A DNA stretch of 64,000 bases, from assembly GCA_964016885.1 (NCBI GenBank), contig OZ024746.1, positions 72,354,001-72,418,000 on the forward strand, in the 5' to 3' direction. This document shows positions 1 through 39,205 of this stretch, in pieces. The stretch is from Eledone cirrhosa (lineage: Eukaryota). Made by a program: the position numbers and the translations under genes. How positions within the stretch are numbered: the stretch's first letter is position 1; each line of letters opens with the position of its first letter. The notes below the pieces were generated by a model. That model was not told where the DNA came from, did not search any database, and saw only the letters and a list, made by a program, of their open reading frames with translations.

Positions 1-229
1 TATATACTATATATATATTATTATTACTATATATATATATATATAGTAATAATAATAAATGTGAAGACTAAAATCCAAAGAGGGTCCGATAAGGATAAAT
101 ATATATCAAATATATAAGAACCCTAGAGCAAATATTCATTAAAATAACAGATTAAAGTGTAAGTAAAGAATCGCTGCTTTCATCCTTAACGGGTTCTTCT
201 GAATATATATATATTCAGAATATATACAT

Positions 230-279
<50 letters not shown>

Positions 280-1390
280 GTGTGTATGTATCTATGGATG
301 GATAGATAGATGGATAGATAGATGGATAGATGGATAGATGGATATAATTGTGTGCATGTTCAGATGTTTAAGGCAAATCTGCATTTGTTGAGTAATTTTT
401 GTTTTGATTTTTTCATCTTTGAACGTATTTCCCCCTAAACCCAACAACAAGATTTCTTTACCAACGAATTACCCAACAAAATGGCGACGACTTCAAAGCG
501 ATTTCATCTTTACATGTTTACTGATCTAAGGTAGTGAGGAAATTATATACATGTTTAGTAAGCGGTGGTGTGGTGGAAGTTACGGTGATAGTTGTAATTG
601 AGGGGATTTGGTGGTAGTATTGGTGAAAGGTAGGTACAGATATACATAAATCATATCCATTTTCTCTTTTTATCTCCTTTTGATCTTTGGTCCGCTCGAT
701 CAGAGTTGATCCGAGGCTATACACCAACACATTAGAACAACGTCAACAAACAGCAATAACAACCACAAGAACAGCAGCAGCGACAACAACAATAACAACA
801 ACAACACTAGCCAGTCGAATTTGTTTCCTTTGGATTTTTCTTAAAGAATTTAGTGCAGTAGTTCCTTTGTACGATATTCCCAAAATTCTGTAATCCATAC
901 CTATAGTTTCTAGACAACCTTCACCACACTAATTTTAATAAGATGTTAAGTGAAACAAAAATCGTTTTAGGAAGAATTTAATTATGTATATAAAAAAAAC
1001 ACCGAATAAGATTTTATGAAATTTTATAACAACTATCTTATCCCACGGAACCCCATTTATATGTGGAACCCTGAGATTCTTTTGAAACTCCCATTAGCGT
1101 CTTAGTTACCAATTTAGTGTCTTGTCTTTTGTTATAGTATTGAATTTGGATATTGAGCCGGCCACGGGACACAAACATTTGACGTCTGGACAGTTTACCC
1201 TGTAGCTCTATCAACTCAAAAATCCACTTAATTATTGATCGCCTTGTTAATTACAGTAATTTGCATTTACCAATAATTCATTATAGATTGTTAATTATTT
1301 CACTTAAATGTTCCAGCTTTCATCTCGATAACATTTATGAATTAATAATGCATAAGCGATTATATATATCAATATATATATATATATGTG

Positions 1391-1440
<50 letters not shown>

Positions 1441-1645
1441 AGTAGGACCCCGACGGCTGAGCTCAAGCCGTTTCGACGGCTAATTCTGGACTAAAAAAAA
1501 TTTTTTTTAGTCCAGAATTAGCCGTCGAAACGGCTTGAGCTCAGCCGTCGCGGTCCTATTTGTTCCTATTACCCACTCTACTACCCTAAGTATTGAGTAC
1601 TTTGGTGCGTTATGGTCCATCTGGTTCCTTACCACATTTCCTTCG

Positions 1646-1646
<1 letters not shown>
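1441..1646 (+). mobile_element. Penelope-like terminal-repeat fragment (family P1) with fold-back palindrome and 3' half of a hammerhead motif
   Basis: Palindrome about 1441-1560 centred on A8/T8. The right arm reads GTC-GAAA-CGGCTTGAGCTCAGCCG-TC, which is hammerhead stem III plus the cleavage triplet. The same sequence recurs at 5810-5990 and 7040-7200. Flanked by (TA)n. Confidence 0.6.
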
Positions 1647-1678
<32 letters not shown>

Positions 1679-1883
1679 GTATATATGTGTGTGTGTTCAT
1701 TTTTATTACTATCACACACCCACACACATACATACATGCATAAATACATACATACATACATACATACATACATACATACATACATACATACATGCATACA
1801 TACATACATACATACATACATACATACATACATACATACATACATACATACATACATACATACATACATACATACATACATAC

Positions 1884-3200
1884 TGTCAGAACTGTCAGCA
1901 TACAACAAATACATTGCCCACAATACTTATGCTGTGCCAATTCTAACGCCAATTCTAACGCCAACATTTGGCCTACTGAACTGGTCATTGCAAGAACTAA
2001 GTGAGATGGATGTTAGAACTCGAAAACTTCTCAGTGTTACTGGGAACTTTAACATCAATGGTGATGTGGATAGGCTATACTTCTCACGCAAGGAAGGTGG
2101 CCGGGGTCTAAAATCAATATTAACAACATATGAGACCCGGATAGTAACACTGAAGCAACACCTTCAACAGAAGAAAAAGGTTGGTAACCATCTTGCCCAG
2201 GTTTATGACCATGAAAAAAGAAATATCATTAGAATAGCGACTGATCTGGAGGAGAGATATGGAATAAAGCCTGATATAAATCTCTCACCCAGAGAAATCG
2301 GAAGATCCTATTCAATGTTCAAACAAGATAAAAAAATTGACCAATTTACAGAAAAAGTTGTGCATGGATACTTGAGGCGTAAAACACAGACCATAGAGGG
2401 GATAAACCACTCAAAAAGCCTGGCATGGAGTTCCGACAAGTTTATGACATCACACCTTGAGGGATATATCTATGCAATACAGGAACAAGAACTCCCTACC
2501 AAATATCTGCTGCACAAAAGAGGAGGGCCAGCAGCTGACAATAAATGTAGGCTATGTAAAACAAAGATCGAGGATGTAAGCCACATTGTTGCCAGCTGCG
2601 AAAGAATGTCATCTCGCTACTACCTCCCCATGAGACACGATGGGATAGCTAGAACCATCTGGAACGCACTTCGGAAAACAAAATTAACAACAAACGAGGA
2701 AGAATATATTGAGACAGATGGCACTAAGGAATACTGGTGGAACCTGAAAATAAAAACTGCCACCAAATTAAAGCACAACCGGCCTGATATTGTAGTTTGG
2801 GACCACACATTGAAAACGTGTTCTGTTGTGGAGATCAGCTGCCCACTTGATGTAAACGTTGTCAGAAAAATACAGGAGAAGGAGGACATCTACGGACCAT
2901 TGATGAGGAGTTTACAAATCCAGTATCCAAGATACACCTTTAGCTTCATACCCATCATTATTGGTGCTACGGGTTATATACCAACCCGCTTGGACCAAAA
3001 TATGACTGAACTTGGATTTGCGGACAAAAAGCGCAGCTCCCTAATTCATAGTCTACAAATGGCTGCGATAGCTGGCACCTTCAAAATTTGCAAAACATTC
3101 TTGCGATTCAAGGGATGACAATTTCTTTTCTTTTACAACCTTGCCACCAGGAAGGTGGCCGGTCAAAAAAAATATACTCGAAATTAAGAGAAAGAGAAAA
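1884..3200 (+). mobile_element. 5'-truncated R4/Dong-like non-LTR retrotransposon (RT C-terminus, CCHC finger, restriction-like endonuclease)
   Basis: The real part of ORF 1535-3118 contains RLYFSRKEGGRGL, CRLC..E.VSHIVASC, RHD and RPDIVV...VVEISCP, the RLE-type motifs. It begins in a (TACA)n tract and is followed by CATACATA. Confidence 0.9.
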
Positions 3201-3861
3201 CATACATATATGATGGCTGCAACTCGATTTCGATTAATGCCATTGCTTGGTACTTAAGTATGAGCATCACGCACTTGGCTTTTTAGTCTTGCTAGGGACT
3301 AGCTTATGGCCAGCAATGCTACGCATCGCAACAAAATGTCACATGTCAAGCGATGCCTGTGCTTGAAGCTTTTTTAAGTGAGGAAAGGCTTTGCACGAGC
3401 CAATTCCACTCTCTGAACATCAAATGCATTTACACAAAAAGTGGAACTGGTTTACATCATTGGGTGCAAACGAAGCTGCAGATTGTATATCAAAGTGATA
3501 TTCTCCTAGAGAGATGTTTTAATGAAGACTAGGAGTCTTTTGCTCCACAAAAAAAAGACTTATTGGATTACCGTTGACTCTCCTAAGTTCCTCTGCCTTT
3601 TGACGGGTTTTGTTTTTGATAACTCAGGGTCTCCAAAATCACCCTCCTCACCAAGTAAGATTGGTGGGGTTGCTTGTTTAGTCGCCGACAACCCGACAAT
3701 ACATAGGTTGTACTAGGTTACATGTTACCAGTAGCGTTGGAGAACGACATGACAAGACATACATATACACAGGTGCAGTTACAAACAACAATCCACTCAT
3801 AATGCGGAAGTTGAGAATATTTGTATTATATTTGTATATACATATATATATTTGTATATAC

Positions 3862-3919
<58 letters not shown>

Positions 3920-3924
3920 GTATG

Positions 3925-3968
<44 letters not shown>

Positions 3969-3975
3969 CAAATAT

Positions 3976-4115
<140 letters not shown>

Positions 4116-4720
4116 ACATATATATACATATATATATATATTTATTATTATTGTCCATCTCACTGTCTCACCACCTCTCCACCACTCCGCCTCTTTATTG
4201 TGCAGTCACTCTGAACTCCAGTCTCTGCACGTTCCCACATTGAAGCCATTACTTTTAGAATTTAACACTTTCGTTTCCATATTTCTAATGAAAAACTCTG
4301 ATTTTCAAATCAGTTAAAAAATAATCAACAATTTAGTGTGTTTGAGGGGCGGTGGATTGGCTGTATCTATGGCATAGACCCTTCAGAACAACCCAATTGC
4401 GTCCCTTTGTATTCGCGATAGCGTGTGTGGTTCGGAGATCAGGCAGAACAGAGGGGATTTGAGAGGGAGCTCTGGTGGTAGTAGAGGTTGTTAATAACTG
4501 GGAGTGGTGGGTATTGGTGAAAGGGAGCGAATGCCAGTGAGATGGAGGTGGACAGAGGTGGAGGTGGACAGGGGTGGAGGTGGACAGGTGTGGAGGTGGA
4601 CAGGGGTGGAGGTGGACAGGGGTGGAGGTGGACAGGGGTTAGTGGTGATAGTGGGGGGGTAGGTTCGTTAGTTTCTGTTGTTGATGGGGTGAAAAAATAT
4701 ATATATATGCATACATATAT

Positions 4721-5118
4721 AGATTAGCATGGGAGGGGGTGTTCCGAGACCATAGTATCTAAAATAAGGACGGGTTGGAAGAAGTTTAAAGAGCTGCTTC
4801 CTCTGCTGACGAAGAAGGGTTTCTCCCTGCGTACGAAAGGCCGGTTGTATGATGCCTGTGTGAGGAGCGCGATGCTGCATGGTAGTGAGACATGGGCAGC
4901 AACTGCAGAGGATATGCGACGGCTGGAGAGAAATGAAGCAAGCATACTCCGTTGGATGTGCAATGTCAATGTGCCTGAACGATCGAGCATGGATGTGTTG
5001 GAGATGACGAAGGAGCGTGACAAGAGGAGAGATGCTGGGCTGAATAGGACCCGTCCGTCCCACCCTTGCAAGCATGGAAAAGCGGACGTAAAATGATGAT
5101 GATGATGATGATGATGAT
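4721..5118 (+). mobile_element. RTE-clade LINE 3' fragment with internal deletion and (GAT)n tail
   Basis: YDACVRSAMLHGSETWA...LRWMC motif; nearly identical to 31990-32590 apart from a deletion of about 200 nt; GAT tail. Confidence 0.85.
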
Positions 5119-5127
5119 ATATAATAG

Positions 5128-5318
5128 TAATTGTTTCTACTATTGGCACAAGGCCAGAAATTACCCAGTACATTACTGGTACTTTATTTTATCGACCCTG
5201 TAAGGATGAAAGGCAAAGTTAACCTCGGCGGGATTTGAACTCAGAATGGCAAGGGCCGTAACTCTATGCGTCAAAGCATGGCGTCCGACCCTCTACCGAT
5301 ACTGCCAATCCACCGCCA
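5128..5318 (-). mobile_element. tRNA-derived SINE
   Basis: Reverse complement of the recurring GGATTGGCAGTATCGG...GAGTTCAAATCCC (A and B boxes) ...TTTGCCTTTCATCCTTACGGGGTCGATAAAATAAAGTACCAG repeat. Confidence 0.9.
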
Positions 5319-5334
5319 TATATAATAGTAATAA

Positions 5335-5760
5335 CTAGCAGAATGGCCCGGCGTTGCTCGGAATTCTAAACATAGATTGGCATGTTTATCCCTCCTTTCT
5401 GAAACAGTTTCGTCATCTGTTCACGAATTGATGCAGAAGTCCTAATAAAAAGTCAATTCGCCTTGGGTGAATAGGCAAATAATTTTCCATTAAGATTTTT
5501 CAAAAGCATGTAATTGCGTTCCCTCTCTTTTTTGTTGTTTTATTTTGCTGCTGTTGGTGTGATAGCAGCCATTGGTCGTACTACTAACACAGCCTCGTCC
5601 TTCTTCAGCCAATCGTGTATATCCCCTTCTGCCTCGTCAGCAATGAGAACAATATTTGCTCTAGGGCTCTTATATATTTGATATATATTTATCCTTATCG
5701 AGCCTCGTGAAATAAATACGTTTGTTTATATTTTGTTATTGTGTATGCAAAAATATGTTA

Positions 5761-5811
<51 letters not shown>

Positions 5812-5987
5812 CGAAGGAAAAGTGGTAAGGAACCAGGTGGACCATAACGCACCAAAGTACTCAATACTTAGGGTAGTAGAGTGGGTAATAGGAACAAGTA
5901 AGACCCCGACGGCTGAGCTCAAGCCGTTTCGACGGCTAATAGCCGTCGAAACGGCTTGAGCTCAGCCGTCGGGGTCTTACTTGTTCC

Positions 5988-6018
<31 letters not shown>

Positions 6019-6300
6019 AAATAACAGATTAAAGTTTAAGCGAAGAATCGCTGCTTTCACCCTTAACGGGATCTTCTGAAACTAAAAAAATCAATCTGTG
6101 AACGCAGAATAAATATTTCGAAAAACGTTACACACTATATATATATATATATATACACACACACTATATATACATATACACACACACACACACACAGATA
6201 GTGTCATAATGTCGTAATGCAGACAGCCAGACATACAGACAGATATTATAAGGGCGCGACGTTATAGCTATCTAATGCGGTCCCTAGGGCATTGAAAATT
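5335..6300 (-). mobile_element. Non-autonomous Helitron fragment interrupted by (TA)n and a PLE repeat
   Basis: The minus strand ends in the hairpin CCGAGCAACGCCGGG followed by CTAG at 5335. Segment 6016-6272 is homologous to 35625-35815, which lies in the Helitron carrying RepHel remnants. Confidence 0.55.
5810..5990 (-). mobile_element. PLE terminal-repeat fragment (P1) with fold-back
   Basis: Reverse-complement copy of 1520-1646, folding back at GACGGCTAATAGCCGTC (about 5940); (TA)n on both sides. Confidence 0.6.
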
Positions 6301-6671
6301 TGGAACCAACCAACCAACCGGAAATTTATAATTTTTTATTTTATTTATAATTTAATTTATAATAAATTGGAGTGAAAGCAACTGGTGCGTGTGTTTCTTA
6401 TTGGCAACATGACCCTCCCAAAGTATTTAAACTTTTTCATATATATATATATATATATGAAAAAGTTTAACACCGACGGCTATTTCTGGACTAGTAGTCC
6501 AGAAATAGCTGTCGGTGTTAAATACTTTGGGAGGGTCATGTTGCCAATAAGAAACACACGCACCAGTTGCTTAAACTCCAATTTATTATAAATTAAATTA
6601 TAAATTTAAAAAAAAATTATAAATTTCCGGTTGGTTGGTTGGTTCCACAACCGGACGGTTGTTCATATATT

Positions 6672-6714
6672 GTCAAAGTTCTTTCGTCACACATTCTGTG
6701 ACCTCATCAGTGAC
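6672..6714 (-). ncRNA. Minimal type-I hammerhead ribozyme (family P2)
   Basis: Minus strand reads GUCA-CUGAUGA-G-GUCACA-gaaug-UGUGAC-GAAA-GAAC-UU^UGAC: stem I GUCA/UGAC, 6-bp stem II, full conserved core. Confidence 0.8.
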
Positions 6715-6786
6715 CGGGGGGACACAAAAACAAGATGGCGTAGGACAGAACAAAGGAGAGGCACAAAGCAAAGAAAAGAATCCCCG

Positions 6787-6829
6787 ATCACTGATGAGGT
6801 CACAAAATGTGTGACGAAAGAACTTTGAC
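6787..6829 (+). ncRNA. Minimal type-I hammerhead ribozyme (P2)
   Basis: AUCA-CUGAUGA-G-GUCACA-aaaug-UGUGAC-GAAA-GAAC-UU^UGAC; head-to-head partner of 6672-6714. Confidence 0.75.
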
Positions 6830-6975
6830 AATATATGAACAACCGTCCGGTTGTGGAACCAACCAACCGGGAATTTATAAAAAAAATTTTAATTTATAAT
6901 TTAATTTATAATAAATTGGAATGAAAGCAGCTGGTGCGTGTGTTTCTTATTGGCAACATGACCCTCCCAAAGTAT

Positions 6976-7033
<58 letters not shown>

Positions 7034-7217
7034 AAGTTTAACACCGACGGCTATTTCTGGACTAGTAGTCCAGAAATAGCCGTCAAAACGGCTTGAGTTC
7101 TGCCGTCGGGGTTAAATATTTTCCTATTACCCACTCTACTACCCTAAGTATTGAGTACTCTGGTGCGTTATGGTCCATCTGGTTCCTTACCACACCTTAT
7201 GTACACATACACTTATT

Positions 7218-7286
<69 letters not shown>

Positions 7287-7288
<2 letters not shown>

Positions 7289-8001
7289 CTCTAGTCTTCT
7301 TTTAGTCCATTGAGCGCTTGCCGCATATCTCGAGGATTGCGTTTCGTTTTGTTTTTGGCCCCTGCCGAAATACGATCTCGCTGAAATTATATTTGTATTA
7401 ATCTCCCGGGCCTAGCAATTAATTAGTTAATTCAATTAGACAATTCTATTGACTGATTAATTGCTTAAGTTTATTTAAAAACAACCAGGTCGAGAACTTA
7501 CTCCGATTTGTGCAGTTTTTTGCAATTTTTGCAATACATTTACACATTTTGAATGCACCCGCCAAAAACCGGGGTTACCTCCCTGCAGGGTAAACACGTG
7601 GGGTAATCACGTCACTACTACTGCATTGGAACCCGGTAGCCGGCTGAGAACAAATTACCTGTTGACGAAATGGCTACCTTGTTCGATCGTTATACCAAAA
7701 GCTTACATCGAAAGCAGACAGTATAATTGATTTAGAAGTCACAGAAACCTCCCACTAGATTTTACCAACACTTTCCAGGAGGTCCAGGTAAATTCTTTTG
7801 TTAACCTGTTTAGCTTGCTTCGTTGTTTTTCGCTCTGGAGGCTGATGGCTTCACGACCACTGTTTTCATTTTATCTGGCCTTTATAACGTATGTTAATTG
7901 CTCTGGTCTTCTTTTAGTCCATTGAGCGCTTGCCGCATATCTCGAGGATTGCGTTTCGTTTTGTTTTTGGCCCCCGCTGAAATACGATCTCGCTAAAATT
8001 A

Positions 8002-8008
<7 letters not shown>
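7287..8008. mobile_element. Non-coding element of about 720 bp with direct terminal repeats of about 110 bp, inserted in (TA)n
   Basis: 7287-7400 and 7898-8008 are near-identical direct repeats; no credible ORF; (TA)n on both flanks. Confidence 0.7.
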
Positions 8009-8056
<48 letters not shown>

Positions 8057-8102
8057 CATATATATATATATATACATATATGTATATATGCATATATATA
8101 TA

Positions 8103-8182
<80 letters not shown>

Positions 8183-8947
8183 CATATATATATATATATA
8201 CATATATGTATATATGCATATATATATATGCATATATATATATATATATATATATGCATATATATATATATATACATATATGTATATATGTGTGTCCATA
8301 AAACACACACACAAATAATGGGGTGAAAAAAACAAATAGAAAACGTAAATCAATAGGAATTAACATATAGACTCTAGAGAGATATTACAATACAACAGTG
8401 GAAGGATATGAGAAACATATCGACCCGTATATTATCGATCTCTCTGGGATTAGAGTGTGTCCTTCGTAGGTTCATTTCTATTACTATCACACATGCACAC
8501 ATGCACACATACATACATACATACATACATACATACATACATACATACATACATACATACATGCATATATACATACATACATACATACATACATGCATAT
8601 ATACATACATGCATACATACATACATACATACATACATACATACATACATACATACATACATGCATATATACATACATACATACAAGCATATACATACTT
8701 GCATACAAGTTTTTATACAGGTACAGTTACAAAGAACAATCCACTCATAATGAGGAAGATGAGAATATTTGTATTAGCACTGATAAAGATATATATATAT
8801 ATATACATATATACATATATATACATATATACATATATATATATATGCACATACATATATATATATATATATATACATATATAAATGAAAGGTATAGAAA
8901 ACATTGTAGCGAAAAGCCAACAGTATTCCATAATATATATATATATG

Positions 8948-9039
<92 letters not shown>

Positions 9040-9065
9040 TGTGTGTGTGTGTATGTGTGTGTACA

Positions 9066-9073
9066 TATATAAA
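9066..9073 (+). promoter_or_regulatory. Possible TATA box of the carbonic anhydrase gene
   Basis: TATATAAA about 100 nt upstream of the proposed ATG. It sits at the edge of a TA microsatellite, so the evidence is weak. Confidence 0.25.
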
Positions 9074-9165
9074 TACACTTCTTCCTACAAATGTTGACCA
9101 CATCACTGCTATACAAGATGCAATAACTTGATCACTTTCTGCCATACAATGCTGTCCTCATCGTC

Positions 9166-35332
<26,167 letters not shown>

Positions 35333-35359
35333 TACATATATGCAATTATGTAATAAAAA

Positions 35360-36785
35360 TAATCATTTAAAGCTGAAGGCTGTATGTATGTAAAAAAAAA
35401 TTGGCCAAACGGCTGGACCAAACAGCACCAAATTTGCACCACAGATGTAACTTTTTCCAAGTAAAAAAAGTGAGGGTATTTTTGCCTACTCAATTTTGTT
35501 AAAAGATTAAAGACATTATTTAAATATTCACTTCTTTAAAATTTCAAATGTCAACACTTTCGGTTATACGACATTCCTCACTTTTTCTTATGACGTCGGA
35601 CAACATCCCCTCTTTTTCTTAGTCTGTCTTTTTAGATAGATACATAGATATAACGTAGCGCCCTTATAATATGTCTCTGTACGTCTAGCTGTCTGCATTA
35701 AATAACGTTTTTCGAAATATTTACTTCTGCGTTCACAGTTGATTATTTTTTTTTTTCAGGAGATCCCGTTAAGGGTGAAAACCTTTGCTTAAACTTTAAT
35801 CTGTTATTTTAATATATATATTCGTGTACAGATATTTTTGCATACACAAAAACAAAAACCTATTTCACGAAAGCACAGACGGCTTATCGTCATTGTTACT
35901 GTTCGAGGTTAGAGGACCACAGTCTTTCCAAGATCTGAGAACCATCAATGGCCATCAATGTTCCACTTACCGTTTGGCTTGCCTGATGCGTGGTATGTTA
36001 CACGATGACAGCCATTGGCACCTCACCCTGCAAGAAGCAACAACTACTAAAGTCCATTCTCAGCTGCGAAAGCTTTTTGCTATTATGCTGCACAACTGCG
36101 ATCTCGCCGACCCTCTCGCAATGTGGAACAACCATCGCGAAAGTCTAGCTGATGACATCCTCCACCGCACACGCAGACACAATCCAAACGTAACATACGA
36201 TGTCGTTTTCAATGAGGCGCTCATTTGTCTTGAAAACAGTGTCCTGGAGATTGGTGGTAGGCCTCTAAGTCACTACAGCTTACCTGCTCCTGACAAGAGT
36301 GTCCAGAGGTCAACGTCTACAGAGCTTCTCCGCGAGACGAGCTATGAGATCAGTGCTTCTCCCATGGTCAATTGTATGTAGGATGCTCTAGTGTGAGCTC
36401 GCCAAACATTCTCTTCATCTTTGCTCCGGAGGGCCGAACAAAAAATATTGTATACTCTGAGGCTCTAACAATGTAATTTAAATATTTTCTGTTACTTGGA
36501 ATTTCCATTATGGTTGTACAAATTATTGTTTGTTAAAAAATGTGTTCTCTGCTCAGCCTTTATTGCTGTAACTATCAATTTTCTTTAACGTACTGGCTGC
36601 TGAACTGGGGAATCCTAAAAACTATTCAAACCCAACATCAGAGCACGTTAACCCCCACCAACCACCCCAACCTCGCAGGCTTGAGAGGGCGTGCAGTATC
36701 TTTGCACTGGAGTGGAGGGTGGATTCCTGAAAAAATAAAATGCCGGTATAACTAGCCGAGCGCCAGCCGGACGGGCCATAAAGTA
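35360..36785 (+). mobile_element. Internally deleted Helitron with RepHel remnants
   Basis: VRGPQSFQDLRTING...ACLMRGMLHDD..W (Rep-helicase linker) is joined to FSHGQLYVGCS...TKNIVYSEAL (Pif1 helicase C-terminus). GC-rich hairpin-like end near 36755-36775. Ends approximate. Confidence 0.85.
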
Positions 36786-37615
36786 TATTATATGCACGTA
36801 ATTATATCACATAAAATCTGTATATTTTGAATTTATTACTTTAAAAAGATGTTGATAATCTTCAATAGTTCCAGTAATTTGGAGTCACTCAGATTAGTTG
36901 TATCCATGCCATTCATAAAAATGTGTAAAATATAGACAATCAAAAATAGAACCTAAAATAAAATTTTACTCTTATAGTTATATTTTTCCCTGGAATCATT
37001 TCTTTGTTCAAAATATTGAACTAATTTATATAATTGCTCTAAATTATTTTTCTAATCAGCAACTTTCCCCCACAGTTTATTACATGAAATATACAATACT
37101 CTTGTCGAGTAATGTGTACATAAACATGTAAACATGAAAATTTATCATATTTATGTTTCATATACATTCTCGAAGCTTCGGTTGAATCCTGAATTGTTTG
37201 TGTATAGATATAAATATATAGCATATTTCAGGTGACTAGTACACAATTTAAAATGTAATTGAATTAGCTACCACTCTAAGCACAATAAACTATTCAAATT
37301 AACAGGTCCAGTTTGCTGTTACTGCTACATTTGATCGGCTTATAAAGTTACGTGTTTCTCTCTTGATTGTGAGAGATGTAGAAAGCTTCTGATGACGGTC
37401 CCAACAAAGACCAAAACACGGGGCCAACTGCTCATCTTTTTTCGATTTACGGAGAAACGTGTAAATAAGACATACATACATATATAAAGTGTGTGTGATT
37501 ATATACTCATTTCTTGCAGCCTCTGCTTGCTAAATCACGTACTGTTTCGATAAAGATATGATTCTATAGTACTCTTCTGCAGTTTTGTGCACAATTTTAT
37601 ACATACATACATTAA

Positions 37616-37658
<43 letters not shown>

Positions 37659-37755
37659 AATATATGTGTGTATGTGTGTGTGTGCGTTTATATATATACA
37701 CATATATATATAAACGTATACACGCGCACAGACGCATATATATACACACACGCGC

Positions 37756-37918
37756 GTACTATGATTATGTAAGTACGTCTTACCTACTTGCCTTTTCCAC
37801 ATGTATAACGTACTTGTATTGCGCGCGCGTGTGTATATATATATGCGTCTGTGCACGTGTATACGTTTATATATATATATATATGTGTATATATATAAAC
37901 GCACACACACATATATAA

Positions 37919-37962
<44 letters not shown>

Positions 37963-38095
37963 ATATATATACACATATATATAAACGTATACACGCGCAC
38001 AGACGTATATATATATACACACGCGCGCGCAATACAAGTACGTTATACATGTGGAAAAGGCAAGTAGGTAAGAAGTACTTACATAATCATAGTAC
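37756..38095. repeat. Near-perfect palindrome of about 340 bp at the 3' end of a PLE
   Basis: 37756-37915 is the reverse complement of 37920-38095, including a 65-nt unique arm. Confidence 0.85.
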
Positions 38096-39205
38096 CGTGA
38101 GGCGGATCGAGGCGACTTGGGTTGAGAGTGACGTTTTTTTTTTTTTTTTGTAAATTATCCATCTGGCATCAAGACTGGCTTGAGATATTTGTAAGCTGCA
38201 AAGTTTTTGTGCATGCAATTCGGGCAGTGTTCAGAGAGTTTGTTCAGTGTTGGGCCCTTGGCAAATAGTATTTCGAAGCTCTCTGAAATACAAAGATCAC
38301 AATACTTGTGTCCTCCTATGTATGAGCGCGCTTTCTGGAGTCATTTCCATTTGAGCGTGAAAGGGGTGGAGTTCCTCTTGAGGTCTCAGACATAGGAGGT
38401 GAATGTTGTCTGATTGGATTTGTCCGGTCTTCTGAACGAGTGGGTATGGGCATACCACCGGGTCTTAAAATTGTTGGAAGTCATTCCGATATAAGTCTTT
38501 TAGTTGTTGTCACCAATGCCTGAGTTGACATCACATTTATATACGATGACATTCGTCAGGCATTTCTTATCGTTTGGACAAGCTTCCTTATTTTGGCAAT
38601 TGCACAAAGCTCTCGTCCAAGGATGGGCTTCGGAGGTTGTAGGATTATTTAATTTCGTAGTGTTGAGATTGGCTATATTCCTAGGTAGGTTAGGTGTAGA
38701 GGAGTAGGAGAGTCTTATTGTATTCTTATTAAAGATAGTGAAGTACCTATGTTGTGTGGGGAACTGTATATTCAGCAATTTGAAGAAAGTCCTAACTATA
38801 GGTGTAGAAACCTCTCTGTTGAAGGGGGGGTTGTACCAACTAATCTGCCTATGCCTATTTCTCCTAGGTAGTCTTGGGGTGTTTTCTAGATAAGTAATCC
38901 TTTCTTTAAAGCCACTGCGGGCAAGGGCTTCGTTGTAATAAGGGGCAGATGCACTAAAGATGTCTTCATTGGCTGAGAGACCAGAAATTCTGAGTGAGAC
39001 ACTTTTAACTAAGTTATCTGTGATATTTTGGGGGTGGTTCGAACTAACATTTATGTATCTGAGAGATTCGTTACGTTTGTGGTACGGGTAATAGAGGGAA
39101 GTATCTAGATGTCTAGAGTGACATCTAAAAAGGTTGGCCATAGTCATATTAGATTCTATGGTTATTCTAAATCCTAGATTATGGAAGAACGAGCTTAAGT
39201 TTTTC
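38030..39205 (-). mobile_element. Penelope-like element fragment (RT thumb, Cys linker, GIY-YIG endonuclease)
   Basis: YINVSSNHP, ISWYNPPF, CNCQNKEACPNDKKCL..IVYKC, KTYIGMT..FKTRWYAH and CDLC; premature stops. Confidence 0.9.

Noticed and set aside
3210-3755. Unique-looking segment after the R4/Dong element
   Set aside because: No recognisable motif in the frames examined; left unassigned.
38150-38500. In-frame TGA codons in the PLE endonuclease as possible selenocysteine
   Set aside because: One falls at a conserved Trp position, a TAA stop and a frameshift are also present, and no SECIS was seen; ordinary decay is the simpler explanation.
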